Shown here in pieces: positions 39,402 through 58,414 of a DNA stretch of 64,000 nt. Position numbers and translations under genes: made by a program. The stretch is taken from NCBI RefSeq assembly GCF_009914755.1, contig NC_060930.1. The stretch is one strand, 5' to 3'. Source of the stretch: the human T2T-CHM13v2.0 reference genome, Homo sapiens. Positions within the stretch are counted from its first letter, which is position 1. The number at the start of each line of letters is the position of its first letter. A model generated the notes under the pieces. It had not been told where the DNA came from and ran no database searches. It saw only the letters and a program-made list of their open reading frames with translations.

Positions 39402-40415
39402 TGATTTGTTTTCTATTGCTGCCATAACAAATTACCACAAACTGAGTGGTTACAACACACAGTTATAATAGTATCTCAGTTCTGTAGGTCACCAGTTCCA
39501 GTTGCCTCAATACTCAACTGGTGGTTTCTCTGCTCCAGGTTTCACAAGGTAGAAATGGAGGTATCCTGGGCTAGCGGGACCCTTCTTGGGAAATTCTAGG
39601 GAAGAATCCCCTTCTAGCCTCCTTCAGTTTGTTGGCTGAATTCGTTTCCTTGCATTTGTAGAACAAAGATCCCTACTTCCTTGCTGGCTGTTAGCTGAGG
39701 GCCACCCCTGGCTTCCAGAGGCCTCCTTCCAGGCCTTGCTCCTGAGCTCTCAGAGCCAGCAGTGGTACATCAAGTCCTTCTCACGCTTGGAATTTCTCTG
39801 ACTTCTCCTTCTGTCACAATTCACTGCCTCTAACTGGAGAAAGTTCTCTCCATTTATGGGTTCGTGTGGTAAGACTGGACCCACTTGTCTAATCCAAGAT
39901 AATCTCTTTACCTTCAGGTCCTTAACCTTAATTGCATCTGCAAAGTCCCTTTTGCGTACTCACAGGTGTGATACGAGGGGGCAAAGGCCATAAGGGCTGT
40001 TATGGGCTGAATTGTGCCCCTCGTCACCAGGGATTTCAATTCTATGTTGAAATCCTAACCCGCAGCACTGCAGAATGTGACTGTATTTAGAGAGAGGGTC
40101 TTTAAAGAGGTAATTAAGTTAAAATTAGGTCATTAGTGTCAGACCTAATCTGACATTTCTTATAAGAAGAGAAGATTAGGACACAGACACACAGAGAGGG
40201 ATGACCATGTGAAAACATGGCGCAGGGGTGGTGAGGGTGGCCATCTACAAAATAAGGAAAAAAGCCTCAAAAAAACCCCAACGCTACTGACACCTTGATC
40301 TCAGAATTCAAGAACTGTGAGAAAATTAATTTCTGTTGTTTAAGCCACTCTGTGATGTGTAGTTATAGAAGCCCTAGCAAACCAATAAAGGGGCCAAAAT
40401 TCTGCTTAACACAGT
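39402..40415. mobile_element. MLT1 LTR with an opposite-orientation MLT1B/C nested at 39998-40389
   Basis: Outer element ctattgctgccataacaaattaccacaaac...; inner element tgttatgggctgaattgtgcccc...ccctagcaaaccaataaa flanked by agggc/ggggc. Confidence 0.75.
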
Positions 40416-40691
40416 TAAGCAGAACAGCCTTTCAATTCTTCTTTGGACCTGGGTAAATTGCCTCTCTACCACTGGGCAGTTGTCTTATAAAAATTAAGTT
40501 AATTTTTTTGAGAAGGGTTTTAACAATGAGTTTTCTTTTCAGTGAAACTAAATAACAACACAAAGGTTTTTTGTTATTGTTTGTTTTTGTTGTTGTTGTT
40601 GTTTAAGTTAGGCTATGGGATTAAACCAAATCAATTCAAGAACCTAGTTAAACCACTGTCACTAAATTCCATTTAATTTAGTTTAATTTAA

Positions 40692-41013
<322 letters not shown>

Positions 41014-42949
41014 TAAGAAATCAGGCTGGGCGCGGTGGCTCATACCTCTAATCCCAGCACTTTGGGAGGCCGAGGCAGGCGGATCATGAGGTCAGGAGAT
41101 GGAGACCATCCTGGCCAACATGGTGAAACCTCGTCTTCACTAAAAATACAAAAATTAGCCAGTCATGGTGGCGTGCACCTGTAGTCCCAGCTATTCGGGA
41201 GGCTGAGGCAGGAGAATGGCGTGAACCCGGGAGGTGGGGTTGCGGTGAGCCGAGATTGCACCATTGCACTCCAGCCTGGGCGATAGAGTGAGACTCCATC
41301 TCAAAAAAAAAAAAAAAAAATTCAACAGAAAGCTCATGCTGCCTGGGTGTTTTATCTTTTATATATATATTATATATATTATGTTATTATATATAATATA
41401 TATTTTTTCAATGTAGAGATAAATGTACAATTTTTTTTTTTCAGGAAATGGGGCTACTCTGCTCTTGGATTTTCTTCCCACTTTCAGACCATTATTCTTC
41501 CTCAGACCCCTGCTTCCTAGGTCTTCCTGACTGTGTGGCTAAAAAAAAATTACAGAATCTCAGTCCCTAGCCCAGACTTACTAAAATCAGAATCTCTGGA
41601 GGTGGGACCCAGGCAAAAATCTCAAGCTTGCATGAATCGAATTATCTGCTTTCTCCTTACCTGAAACTGGGCAGCTGAAGGATAAGTCACCTTATGAGGT
41701 ATTTTCTTTTTTGCTTGTGTAAGTCTTTTGTTGGAGGGGAGAGAGGGGTGAAATGGAATTTATTCTTAAATCTGGGCTAATAGATTTGATTAATGGGTAC
41801 AAAAGGACGCTTCGTTCCAAAAAATAGAATTTTCCCAAGTTGATGCAAATAGAATTAGAGATCACAAACAGAATAACATGCTGAAATAGCGAAAGTCAGG
41901 AGAACTTTCTATCACAAGGCTCCTGCCCATAATGGATTTTCTATATACTTTTTCCAAACCTTCAAGGATAATCTAGACTAAAGGCCCTATGCAATAGTTT
42001 TTTCTGTTTTGTTTTGTTTTGTTTTGTTTTTTTTGAGACGGAGTCTCGCTCTGTCGCCCAGGCTGGAGTGCAGTGGCACAATCTTGGCTAACTGAAAGCT
42101 CTGCCTCCGGGGTTCACGCCATTCTCCTGCCTCAGCCTCCTGACAATAGTTTTATACCCTATTAATGGTCACCAGTTTAACTGGCCCTAAACACTGCTGG
42201 GAAATCCTACTACCTTCTCTGGTTAACTTCCTCTCCCGTTCTCTGCAACAGCCAGTCCAAGCCTTTGGTCCCAGATCCACAAACCCCATTTCCACATATA
42301 CACTCCCTTCCTTTGTTACAAAGAGGAAGTATCTTTCCTCCTCTACCCTGTTGTTATCTCTGTTCCAGAGCCCATGCTCCTGCCCTCCGCGGAATCTTCC
42401 ATTTATCATTTCAGTTGACCACTCCTTATCTCTTCAAACACCTTCTCTTGACTTCTGACACCAAACTCACCTTGTTTTTCTCTCACCTGTCTGGCAACTC
42501 TTTCTCAGACTCCTTTATTAGCTTCCTTCTGCTTATTCCTAAAGGCTAGTCTCCCTCAGTGCACAAACCAAGACTGTTCTCACTTTATACTCTCTTCTTT
42601 GGTAACCTCACTGTGGTTCTGCTGCCATCTACACTGAGAACAAATGCAATGTCCACTACACTGGTGACTCCCAATCCAATCTGGTCTTCAGTTTGGAGCT
42701 TTAGTTGACATACTCAACGAGAATGCCTCCATTTGGGAGCTCTTTTGGGGCTGCTCAAACTTAGCTTGTGCCAAACTCCCACCCCCACCTACTGTTTCTC
42801 TGGTCTTTCTTATTTAAGTAAATGATATTAACACTCTTCTACCCATTTCCCCATGTACCTTCCTCTTGCTCATCCTCAACATCCAAAAAACTCACTAAGT
42901 TCCATCAACTCTCCTTCCCACCAATCTCTTGAATCATTATTTTTCTGAT

Positions 42950-43305
42950 CCATCTTAGTCCATTCATGCAATATGTCACAACACCACAGACTGGGAAATT
43001 TATAAACAACAGAAATTTATTTCTCAGTTTTGGAGGCTGAGAAGTCCAAGATTAAGGCACCAGCAGGGCTGGCTTTCCCTGCTTTCAGGTGGCATCTTGC
43101 CACTGCATGCTCACATGGGAGAAGGTGGAAGGGCAAGAGGCAGCTCTCTGAATCCTCTTTTACGAGGGCATTAATCTCATTCACAAAGTTGGCGCCCTCA
43201 TGACTTAATCATTTTCCCAAAGGCTGCACCTCTTACTACCATCACACTGGGGTTTAAGTTCCAACATATGAATTTTGGAGGGACATATACATTCTAACCG
43301 TAGTA
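42950..43305 (-). mobile_element. MaLR LTR (MLT1A/MST-like)
   Basis: cttagtccattc...accacagactggg...gccctcatgacttaatc...gaattttggagggacatatacattctaaccgtag. Confidence 0.75.
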
Positions 43306-43368
43306 CCATCTCCACTGCTATCATCATAGTCCAAAAACCATCACGTCTCCTTTGGACAATTAACCATA

Positions 43369-44112
<744 letters not shown>

Positions 44113-44919
44113 TGCTTATGAAGTTGTAATCTTGATATAGCCACTAGTGATGATACAGTTAAGAGTTTGGGAGGAATGGCAGTGAGTGTGTGTGTAGAGG
44201 ATAAGAAGTCCACATCTGGCCAGATGTGGTGGCTTGTGTTTGTAGTCCCAGCTACTCAGGAGTCTGAGGCAAGAGAATTACTTGAACCTAGGAGGCAGAG
44301 GTTGCACTGAGCCGAGATGGTGCCACTGCACTCCAGCCTAGGCGACAGAGTGAGACTCCATCTCAAAAAAAAGAAAATAAAATAAATATCGGTATACACA
44401 TGTAATTTTGAGATAAAGAGATAAATAGGAGGGGAAATAGAAGAACTGAAAGTGGTTACCTGTGAAAAGTATGAATAGGGATAGGGAAGGAAGAAAAGAG
44501 AAATGCTGGTTTTATTATAAGGTTTACATATTAATATTACACACCCATGCACAATTTTAATAAAAATAAATTTATGAAAATATAATTATTTCATGAATTC
44601 CTAATAAACCCAGATCATTAAATAAATCCCACTGGCTACCCTTATGCTGGTGTGGCTTTTTAAAAAACACAGTATCTTCTTAACTGCAAAATGGTTAAAG
44701 CTGGCAATGTGGAAGGACAGCTGGATAACTCTGTCATAGTCTAAACCATGAGCTAAAAACATTATCATGAGAAGTAGCTGGGGATAGAACAAAGCTTTTT
44801 TTACTTGTGAAAATTTCTGGAAATGATATATTACTTCAAATACTACACAATTGGAAGTGATTCCAATTCCATCTTGGAATGTTGGCAACATTTTAAATTG
44901 TTTTAAATTAAAGATATCT

Positions 44920-45602
<683 letters not shown>

Positions 45603-47089
45603 ATATCTTTATGTAGAGTTTAAAATATTCATACTAGAAAAATAAAGCTAGATAAATAAAAAATCATTACCATAACAAAACATTGTAAAATAAAGCTGAT
45701 TTTTATCCTTTCATCCCACTTTAACATCATCGTGTTTGAACTGAAAAAAGTGTGTAGTGTTTATTTTATTTTTAATTTAAAAACAATTTAAAAAAACAGA
45801 GACATGGTCTCACTATGTTGCCCAGGCTGGTCTTGAACTCCTGGGCTCAAGTGATTCTCCCACCTCTGCCTCCCACGAGTGCTAGGATTACAGGCATGAG
45901 CCACTGTGCCTGGCCATTTATTTTTAAATACTCTTTGTTTTTTAGGCCCTGAACTAAGCATTTATCATTTGCCAATCTGCAGCTCAGTTTAACCCTTTCT
46001 GAGTGGGTTATTTTTAGAGTATGAGCATGTGTATTTTTTTGGTGGTAGCATTGCCCTCCCAGGTTCAATCCTGGGGTGGGAGAGTAAGCTAATTAGTTGT
46101 GTTCTGAGTAACCAAGGATATCCTGAAAATGCAAGGGAATAATAGGCCATTATAGGGAGGGTATCAAGGTTGAGATCCGCAAATTTGCAAGTCAAATGCC
46201 CAGGCTTCAATCTTGGCTTCACCATTTACTGTGAATTTATTCTCTCCAAGTCTCAGTTTGCTCATCTTTAAATTGGATGTGCCAGTACTATTTTTTTTTT
46301 TTACTAATTTTATTAATTTCTATAACAAATTACCCCAAAACTTAGTAGCATAAGATAACCATTTATTATGTGAATGGATTCTGTGGGTGAGGCCTTCAGA
46401 CAGAGCACAGTTAGCTTAATTTTGTACATTGTGGGGAATTTAGACAGGGCATGTCCAGGATGACTTGCTACTTCTCCTCAAACTTTGTAGCCTCTCCTAG
46501 AAGACTCACTCAGATGCCTGGCGATTGCTCTTGGCTGTCAGTTGGAGGCCTCAGTGCCCATCCATGTGGGCTTCTCCATGGTCTCTCTGTGTGGGCTCCT
46601 TTGGGCTCCTTCACAGCCTGATGACTGGCTTCTCCAGAATGAGTGTCCCAAAAAGAGCAAGCCAGATGGAAGCTGTATCACCTTTTCTTATTCTAGCCTC
46701 AGAAGTCCCATAGCAACACGTTTCCTGGACACTATTCTTTAGAAGTGAGTCACCAAGGCCATATTCAAGGGGAGAGGAATTAGATTCTACCTTTTGTGGG
46801 AGAAGTGTTAAAGAATTTGCCAAGATGTAGGGACTTCTGAGTATCTGAGTGTTCACAATCAAAGTTCCCGCATTTGCCAGGTTGCCCAGGGAAACAAAAG
46901 TCATCATGACAAGAAAATATTCACAAGTGAATTGACATTCTCTGCCTCCCTCAGTCCTGCAACATTCCTCCTTGCTGAAATGAAGGGCTCTCTGTGTGCA
47001 CCAAGACCCCATCAAGTCAAAATCTTTATTGGTCAGCCTCTCTCTGGTAGCCCAATGTAAATATCTGACAACACACAACACAAGGCAAG

Positions 47090-47300
47090 TCGTTTGCAAG
47101 AAATTATTGCAAGTCTTGCAGAAGATTCAGGACTTCATGCAGACATTAAAAAGGATATTGGAAAACTGCTAGAATCATATGCAAAGCTTGAATGTAACAG
47201 AATTAGACCAGTTAATAACCAGAAAAGAGAAAATCAATAAGAATGTTATAGGCACTTCAGTAAAGAATGGTTTCAGGATGAATAAACTGCTACATATTTG
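47090..47300 (+). mobile_element. Possible Tigger transposase C-terminal remnant
   Basis: Translates QEIIASLAEDSGLHADIKKDIGKLLESYAK, reminiscent of Tigger C-terminal helices. By-eye match only. Confidence 0.35.
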
Positions 47301-48972
47301 CACAATGGGAGTGTTAAACAGGAGTCAAAAGGAACAACTGTAGCAACATACAACAATATGGTAGAATCTTAACAATGTAATATCAAGTGAAAAAAGTACT
47401 AAAGACATACAGTTAAAAACAACCATCTTTCTCTATATATATACACACACACTACACACACATATTTTTAGGACTTTATATAGATGCAAGAAAACTCTAA
47501 AACTGTATGAAAAGCAAAGTGAAGGATAATGAGCTCAGAATTCTGGATGATGATCACCTTGGCCAGGGGAGGAAGTAAAATGTGTTGGGGGTACCATACA
47601 GCCAGATGCAAATTGCTGACCAGACACTAATTTTATTTTGGACAGGGGATTTGAAGGTGTCTATATATTATTTACAATAACTAATATTTAAAAAGTAAAC
47701 AAAAGAGAGCCATGCATGGACCAATGAGGGTATGTCATGAACCAGGGATTATGATCAATCTAATTGTATGTATATAAAGTAGAATTAAAAACACTGAAAA
47801 AAAAAAAACCAAGGATAGTAACATTTACCTCACAAAATTGCTGTGAAGATTAAATGAGTTAACATATTTAAAACATTCAGAACAGTTCCTGGCACATAGT
47901 AAGCACTTACACAATATAATTATGTAAGTATTTTTGTTATCATTATTTTTACTTTATGCCAAGGAGTAGCTACTATTTATTATGCATATAAAACTACTAT
48001 TTATTAAGCTGTGTTGTAGCAGACACCGTTAGCTTCCTTCCCAATACCTATTTCCACCTTCTTTGCTACCAGAAGTCTGCTTTCTCTCAGGATGGCAATG
48101 AGCCCAGACCCAGGCAAAATATGTGCTTTTCCAGGTTTTTGCTTGTATCCAGGGTGTTCATGGCACACAGTTCTAGCAAATGACATATAAGCAGAAACCT
48201 GCTGGGAGATCTAGGAAGACTTTTGCCTTTCCTGGTAAGAGAAGATGATGTGGCTGGCACCATTCTCACTTCTTCCTTTTTCTTGCCTTGAATGTGGTGT
48301 GATGCCTGCAGCCTCAGCAGCTATTTTGTTACTGAAGCAACAAGCATGAAGACAAAAACAAGTAGGCTAAGGATGCCAACATGAAAGGGAGAGACTTACT
48401 TTTTACATTTTATTGGTTACTCTTGAGGTTGAGTATTCTTCTAAGTATTGATATATGATTTTAAAAAATCTATGTCTAGGCTGGGCATGGTGGCTCACGC
48501 CTGTAATCCCAGCAGTTTAGGAGGCCAAGGCAGGCAGATCACCTGAAGTCAGGAGTTCAAGACCAGCCAGCCAACAGGGTGAAACCCTGTCTCTACTAAA
48601 AATACAAAAATTAGCCAGGCATGTTGGCACATGCCTGTAATCCCAGCTACTAGGGAGGCTGAGGCATGAGAATCACTTGAACCTAAGAGGTGGAGAGGTT
48701 GCAGTGAGCCGAGATCATGCCACTGCACTCCAGCCTGGGTGACACAGACTCTGTCTCCAAAACAAAAACAAAAGCCGTATGTCTAAATAAGTATTAAAAA
48801 TTATTTTGATAAGCATACAATAAAAATTCAGTCATGGGCTGGGCACAGTGGCTCATGCCTATAATTCCAGCAGTTTGGGAGGCCAAGGTGGGCATATCAC
48901 TTGAGCCCAGGAGTTTGAGACTAGCCTGGGCAAGATGGCAAAAACCCATCTCTACAAAACATACAAAAATTA

Positions 48973-49179
<207 letters not shown>

Positions 49180-52100
49180 TTAATGATATTTGTATTTCAG
49201 TGGTACCTAAGATAATGATGCATTTTGCAGTTGACGGCACCTTAGATTTACTCAATCATGGTAAGAACTTTTTATTTTCAATTGCTCTCATCAAGTTGAC
49301 TTGTGATCTCAGTAGAATATGTTGCTGCCAACTCATTTCAGATGGATCTCTTGCAACACTGGGTTAGGGAGGAAAATAACAATGACAACGAACACATTAT
49401 AAAGCTTTAGAGCCTAATTCATCTATATCGGTTAAGATCCTCCCCTTAAATAGGAGGATCACTTAAGCCCAGGGGTTTCAGACCAGCCTGGGCAACATGG
49501 TGAGACCCCAGCTCATTAAAAAAAAAAAAAAAGAAGAATGCATTTGGCTGCAAGGAACAGAGACTCAAACAATAGTAGTTTAAACAACTAGAAATTTATT
49601 TTCTTCTTCTAACAGGAAATCTGGCAGTGGCAGCCTAGCACTTGGTCAGTAGCCTCTGGGTAATGTGTCTGGGTGGCTAAGAAGAGGCGAGACAGAAAAC
49701 TGCTGGGACTTTTTAAAGCCTTTAAGTATGTGTGACTGTTTTGCCCTCTGAACTCTTGTATTAGTCACTATTGCTCTGTAACAAATTACCTCAAACCTTA
49801 GACACTTATGATATAAAACATTTATTATCTCATAATTTCCATGAGTCAGGAATCCAAGAGTAGCGTAGGTGGGTGGTTCTGGTTCAAGGTTTCTCACAGG
49901 GCTGCTGTCAAGCTGTTGGCCTGGGCTGGGGGCCATCTAAAGGCTCTACTTGTGGGAGGGAAGTTTCATCCAAGCTCGCTCTCTCTGACTGTTGGCAGGA
50001 AGCCACAGTTCTTTCTTGGCTGTTGGCCAGAGAACTCAGTTCCTCACCTCCTGGGCCTTTCTATAGTCCACTTGAATTTCCTCATGACATGGCCACTGGC
50101 TTCCCCCAGAGTAAGTGATGAGAGAGAGAGAGAGAGAGACCAAAATGGAAGCTGCACTGTCTTAGTAATCTCAGAAGTGATATCCATCACTTCAGCTATT
50201 TAATTGGTCACACTCACTGACCCTGCAGGGGACTATGGGGAGAGGACAACATAAGGGTGTAAATACCAGGAGGCCAGGATTATTGAGGCAAACTTGAGGC
50301 CGGCTATCACATCTCTATGTATGTATACATGTATGTGTGTGTATTTGAGAAACATGATTAATTTAAAACAGAAAAATAAATTTAAAAAAAGACATAAAAA
50401 CAAAACATCAAATGGTTGTTACTAATTCACTCTTCCATCAAAAATATATGTACCTATCTGTTTTAGCACACATTTGCTATCATTTGGTATTACTATTTTA
50501 AGATTCTATTTTGATTTATTCTCTTCATTTAACCTAGTAGTAGGTGAAAATATTTTAATTTTTGTATCTTATTGATTATTCCTAAGGTTGAACATTTATG
50601 AAGTATTTGTTAACCAGTTTTACTGACCTTTTTGCAAGTTATGTCTTTACTTAATATATTAATGTATCAGGATATTAGCATTTTTTCAATGTGCATGAGT
50701 TCTATATATAATAAAAGTATTACTCTTTTTTTTTTTTTTTTTGAGACAGGGTCTTGCTCTGTCTCCCAGGCTGGAGTGTAGTGGCACAATCTTGGCTCAC
50801 TGCACCTTTGACCTCCTGGGCCCCAGTCTCCCAAGTAGTTAGAACTACAGCTGCGTGACACCATACCTGGTTAATTTTTTTTTTTTAGAAACGGGGTCTC
50901 ACTATGTTGCCCAGGCTAAAGGTGTTACTCTTTGTCAAAGAAAAAAAAGGTGGCTGTCTACGTGGTGGGGAATATGAAGACCCTTCACTCCTCAGCGGCA
51001 GAGCTCCAAGGAGGGAAGCAGGACCTCAAAAGCGACATCTCAGCATTGTACCTGGAGAGGGGACTGGACCCTGAGCACTAGGGATTCTGTCTTCCCTCCT
51101 CCAACCTCAGTAAGGATTCCTACAACTCATGTGCGGCTAGAAGCAGGTGCTGGCAGGATCCAAGGTCCCCATTCTTGGGCTGGCATGAGGCAGCTGTCAG
51201 CACCCCCAGTGATGCTACAGGTTTTCTGTTCCAGGTTCTACATCTGGATTCTGGGTCATCCCTGGGAGCCAGAGGGATCCCCAGTGATAAGAGAGATTGA
51301 ATTTTTTTCTAGTCTGGCAATATCCAGGCCAATTTAATTAGATTTTTAAAATACAAATGGACATTTTGTATATATATAAGCTTGAATTCTTAGAGACATA
51401 CATTCTATATTTTCTTATTTAAAACTCCATTAACTTTTTAAAAAAGTTATTGAGATAATTTATGACTTCTTCTCACTCCTTTTCCTTGGCTTTGTATGTA
51501 ACCGTGTAAATTTGCACTGTAACTAAACACTAACACAAGAGATGGCTTTATCGCGTTGTCTTTATTTTCAAAAAGTAATATGAAGTCTGTTTTGGCCTGC
51601 TTCCTCAGGGAGTTAGGGAAAAATTCGATCTCAATTTTTTTTTTTTTTTTTTTGCCTGCTCTTTCCCTGCCCCTTGATGGAGTCACATAGAACCCCCTGA
51701 GTTCACCCAATCTTGGAATCTGAGGGAAGAGTTCTAGACTTCAAGACAGTGTGGTCACTGTGAAGGGCTTGATGTCCAGACTTCAGTGGTCCCACTGCTC
51801 ATAGCCCTGGAGACTATGGCTTAGAGCTCAGTCCCCAGCCAAGTGTCCACTCAGCTAACCCATCAAACATTCTGCCACTCTGGGGTCTGGGAGAGAGTCA
51901 AACACAGGCCCCCACGGTGGGCAGAACCTGTACCTCTCTATTCCCCCCAAGGGAAGGAAATTCCACATGCTGTAGAAAGCTGGGAACCATTCTATTCACC
52001 CTCAACTTTTCAAATCAGCACTCCCTACTCATCCATATCATCTAGATCTTTTCTTTGCCTTTAAGAGCCTAGATTTTCCAAAACAAAAGTTCTTTAACTC

Positions 52101-53053
52101 TCTGAGTGGGGAAGAGATGGGCAGTCTTCTTAAGCCTACAAAGAGAAAAGCCTGTCATGCTTTGGTGGTGAATCAGCTGACAAACAGGGAAACCAGCCCC
52201 AGCTTGGAATGAGGTAATTCTGACAGTAAATCACACTACTTCATACAAAGCCCTCATGATCTGACTGGGACCCAACTTTCCAGGGGTATTGCTAAGCATT
52301 CCTTCTCATGTATCTAATACTCCCACTTCCTCAAATATTTTTTCTCCCCTTCTTCACCTGCTCATCTCTCAAGGTATTCAGATCCTTAAAAAGGTGTCAG
52401 GGCTCTAGGTTGGCATCTGTAATTCCTTTGGCCTTACTTTTGTGGTCATAAGCTGACTGCCCCAGTGACTCACACCAGTATCCCAGGCAGGAGTGTGCCA
52501 GTAAGCTCTCTTCCATGTTTGTCTCTTTCATAGGAAGTAAAACATTTCCCAGAAAACCCCTAGCAGTCTTCTTCTCATGGCTCATTGGTCAGAACTGGGT
52601 CACATGGCACATGTAGCTGCAGGAGAGGCTGGGAAAGCAAGTTTCTGGCAAAGTTGAATGGGATCGCCATAACTTGTTTAGGTAAATTATGATTTATGCC
52701 CACACTGTGAACACAGTTGCCCTGCCCCTACAAAAAAAAGAGCCCCCTTAAAAAAGAATATGGAAGGAAATAACTAATAAAGTCCACCACGGAGATGTTG
52801 TCCCATTAATTATTCCATCTTCTTTAATTTGGCAAGGGCTATTACTCTCTGTTTGCCCCTTCTTCCACTCTGAAACAGGGCGTTTAGTTATAAATTCGGT
52901 TGGCCAGAATAAGGTTTACGTTTTCCAGCTTTCTGTGCAGCTGAGTGTGGTCATGTGACCAAGTCCTGAGAATGGATTGAAAGGGGGAAAAAAATGGAGG
53001 AAACCACCAGGTATTGAAGAGAAAGGTCATGTTCTCCCTGTCCTTCATCCCAG

Positions 53054-53955
<902 letters not shown>

Positions 53956-55168
53956 CCAGAGGCTGAAACCCCTATGGGAGAAAAACTGTAAACTTCTTTC
54001 ACATGAGGGAGAAAAACCGTAAACTTCTATTGTGTCTAAAGCACTATTATTTTCCAGCTACACTTATAGCCTAACAAATACAACTGCCTCCAATCCTTGG
54101 CCTATAAACATGTTGAAGTCTCGTCTACCTCAACTTCTCCCTTGACCCCATGTTTCTCTCTAATTTACTTTCAGTCTTTCTCTGTGTAAGTCAGAGCAAG
54201 CAACAAGTGCCAACTCTTGGCTGATTTAAGCAGAAAAACCATGGCTCATAGACTTGTGGAGAAATCTGGAGAATCATATGTGTGTTGGCCGTATATTGTC
54301 ACAATAACATCACATAAACAACCATAAAACCACAATGGCATGTAACAATGGACATGTATTTAATACACAAGTTTGTGAGGTTCAGTTTATCTGGGGCTGG
54401 GCTGGGCTGAGCTGAGCTGATCTCAGCTGGACTCGCTCAAGTGTCTGAGGTCAACTGTTGGTTGGCCAGGCAATTTTGTTGATTTTGGCTCAGCTAATTC
54501 ATACGTCAAAGGCTCAACTGGCTGTTGGCTGAACTAGGATGGCCTCAGCTGGGATAACTTAGGGAGACTTGGCCTAGTTCCACATGTTTTTCATCATCCA
54601 GCAGGCTAGCCTAGACATGTTCTCATGGCAATGGCAGAGAGCAACAGTGACAGCAAGCCAATCACACAAGTGCTTTGCAAGCCATGGCTTGGGTAATGTT
54701 TACTAACATCCCATTGACCAAAGTAAGTCAAAAGGGTGAGCCCAGTCAGAATGAGGAAGTCCAACAAGATGAGATCCTCCAGTGAAGAATTAAGATCGTG
54801 AATGCAACCAATCTACCATACTATGTTCAGAGGTTTTTCCTTACAGGGCGGTAGGTAGCCCCAACATCATAACACAGAGCTGGGTCACTGAAGACACTGC
54901 CACTGCTGCTAATGAGCATTTGACTCCATAGGTACACTGAGAGGCTCAGCACCAGATCCTGAATGTTGCTGTTGCCACAGCTATTCTCCCAAACTGGGGG
55001 TTGCTGCCATGCTGGCATTGCCCATTAGTGGAATGGATTCTGTGCTGCTTCTGCTTCTTTGCATCACAAACTCCTCCCGATTCGAAGTCTAGAGTGGGTG
55101 CATTTTATTAGCAGAGCCCACAACATGTGCCATGACTTAGTTCACAGGAAGGTTGGGAAAATAAGTAG

Positions 55169-55750
<582 letters not shown>

Positions 55751-56210
55751 TAAGTTTCTTGAAAGCGTATTCTTGGCTCACTTTTCTCTTCTACTTCTCC
55801 TCTAATTCTCTCCTGCAGTAATCAGCTTTTGCCACAACAATGATGCAAAATTCAGTGGCTTAAAACCACAAGCATCTATTTTTCTTATTCAAGCTTCAGG
55901 CTGAAGGTTGCCTGGAGTGGGTTCCAGGCTTCAGTCTGGATTTTTGTCTGCTCCCACATGTCTGTTATCTTCCTTGGGCCAGTAGCTCCCCAGGGCATGC
56001 TCTTCTCATAGTGCAGGCATGGGAGTGGAAACATATGATACTTCTTGAGGCAAACTGTTACTTTTGCTCACATTCCACTGGCCAGAAGTCTTGCAGGGAA
56101 ATATACTCCATCTACTCTCATGCACTGCAAGAGGGAGTGAAAAACTGACAATAATCTGGTCTACTTCTACTCTTCATCTGGCTTCTGACCCTGCTGTGCC
56201 ATTAGGGTCA

Positions 56211-56372
<162 letters not shown>

Positions 56373-56969
56373 TTAAAAATTAGCTGATGTGGTGGCACAT
56401 GCTATGATCCCAGCTATTCAGGAGGTTCAGGTGGAAGGACTGCTTGAGCATGGGAGGTCAAGGCCGCAGTGAGCCATGATTGTGCCACTGCGTTCTAGCC
56501 TGGGCAACAGAGCAAGACTCTGTCTCAAAAAAAAAAAAAAATTCTCAGAAGATGGGGAGACAGCCAGGTGCCGGGTCCCGCAGTACCTATCAGGCATGGT
56601 TAGGAGTTTGGATTTCATTCTAAGTGTAGCAGAAGCCATTTAATAGATATGTGACTAGAGTGGTCCTTCTACAATGCAGATCTGGTCATGTCATGTCCCA
56701 GCTTAAACTGGCAATGAATGTCCCATTGCCTAGAGGAAAAGGTAACATAAGACTTATATGGCCTTAGAAGTCTACTATGATAGACCCCTGCTGCAGTATC
56801 TTTTGTCCCTGCACACCATTCCTTGTACTCTTTGGTCTTACCATGTAGAGCTACTTATGGTTAATTTTAGTTTGGATTCTCCAAGAAGCTGACCCTGAGA
56901 CAAGGATTTGAGTCCAAGTAGTTTATTTGGAGGTGACAGAAACACGAGTGGGGAAAGAGGTAGAAGTGA

Positions 56970-57288
<319 letters not shown>

Positions 57289-58414
57289 TGAACCCGGCAA
57301 GGGCAAACTATTAAGCCAACTACCACAATGGACAACAGGAGCTTAATCCTGTAAAAAAAACTCTGAGAAACACACACCTCAGAATTATCCCCTGTAAGTG
57401 TTGAAGGAGCTTGGGTGTTTACCAACTCCTGAGAGTCAGTCACTAGTTGAGGGCTGCTCCCAGGAGGAGTTAACTCTTAGACATTTCCAATATGCCATGA
57501 GTGTGAACAGCATGGTTTTCCATAGTTCTCGGGAGATGGGGGAAGAGCCTTCAGGCACATGAAGAGGATGAGGGATGTGGGTGAGGTACTGACAGCATCT
57601 CCTACAGTTTCTCATATGTAATTTCTCCTTGTAGACATCCATAGTTCCATGTAGGTCTCATTCTTCTGCCTAGGATGCTTTTCCCTGCCTCTTTACCTAG
57701 TAAAATCACACTCATCTTTCAAGGCCTTCCTCAGCTTCCCAATCAGAGAGGATCATGCTCCACTCTGTGTCTTCTTAGGACATATTATAGTATACACCTC
57801 CATTTTTATCACTTGTCATGCTGCTTTACTTACTAACCAGACTCCTCTACTAGATTATACACTTGTTGAGGACAGGGGCTGTATGTTTACAGTGCTTAAT
57901 ATAGTTTAGTGCCAGGAATACAGTAGATGCTCAATAAAAGCTAGTTAGAAGAATTAATTTCTATCTACAGTGTGTGGCAATGATCTGGTGCAGTGCTGCA
58001 TTGAATTGAGGTCAACCTGAGGCAAAATCATATGTTTTTACCCCCTTTCTCACCTTCATGGCATTCCCCTCCCTTCACTCACCCAATACCTTGCTCTTCT
58101 TTCTCTTTAGCCTAATATCAAAATCTGCTTCTAGTTACTTCTCTTACATTAAAGGAGCACAAGAAATAGGAAACCTGGGTTGCTGTTCATCTAGCTTGAG
58201 GGTCCTCAGGCAAGCCTCTTCCTCTCTTTGAGCTTCAGTCTTCTCATCTGTAAAATGATTTTCAATGTTCCTGCCAATTACTAGGAGTCTCTTTAAGAAT
58301 ATCTCTATAAGGATGGCGAACAAGGAACTGGCAACAGTGGTTGCCTCTGGGGAGCAGAAATAGGTGGCAATGGGCAAAAAGTTGTGAGGGAGATCAACTT
58401 TTTCTTTATATCCT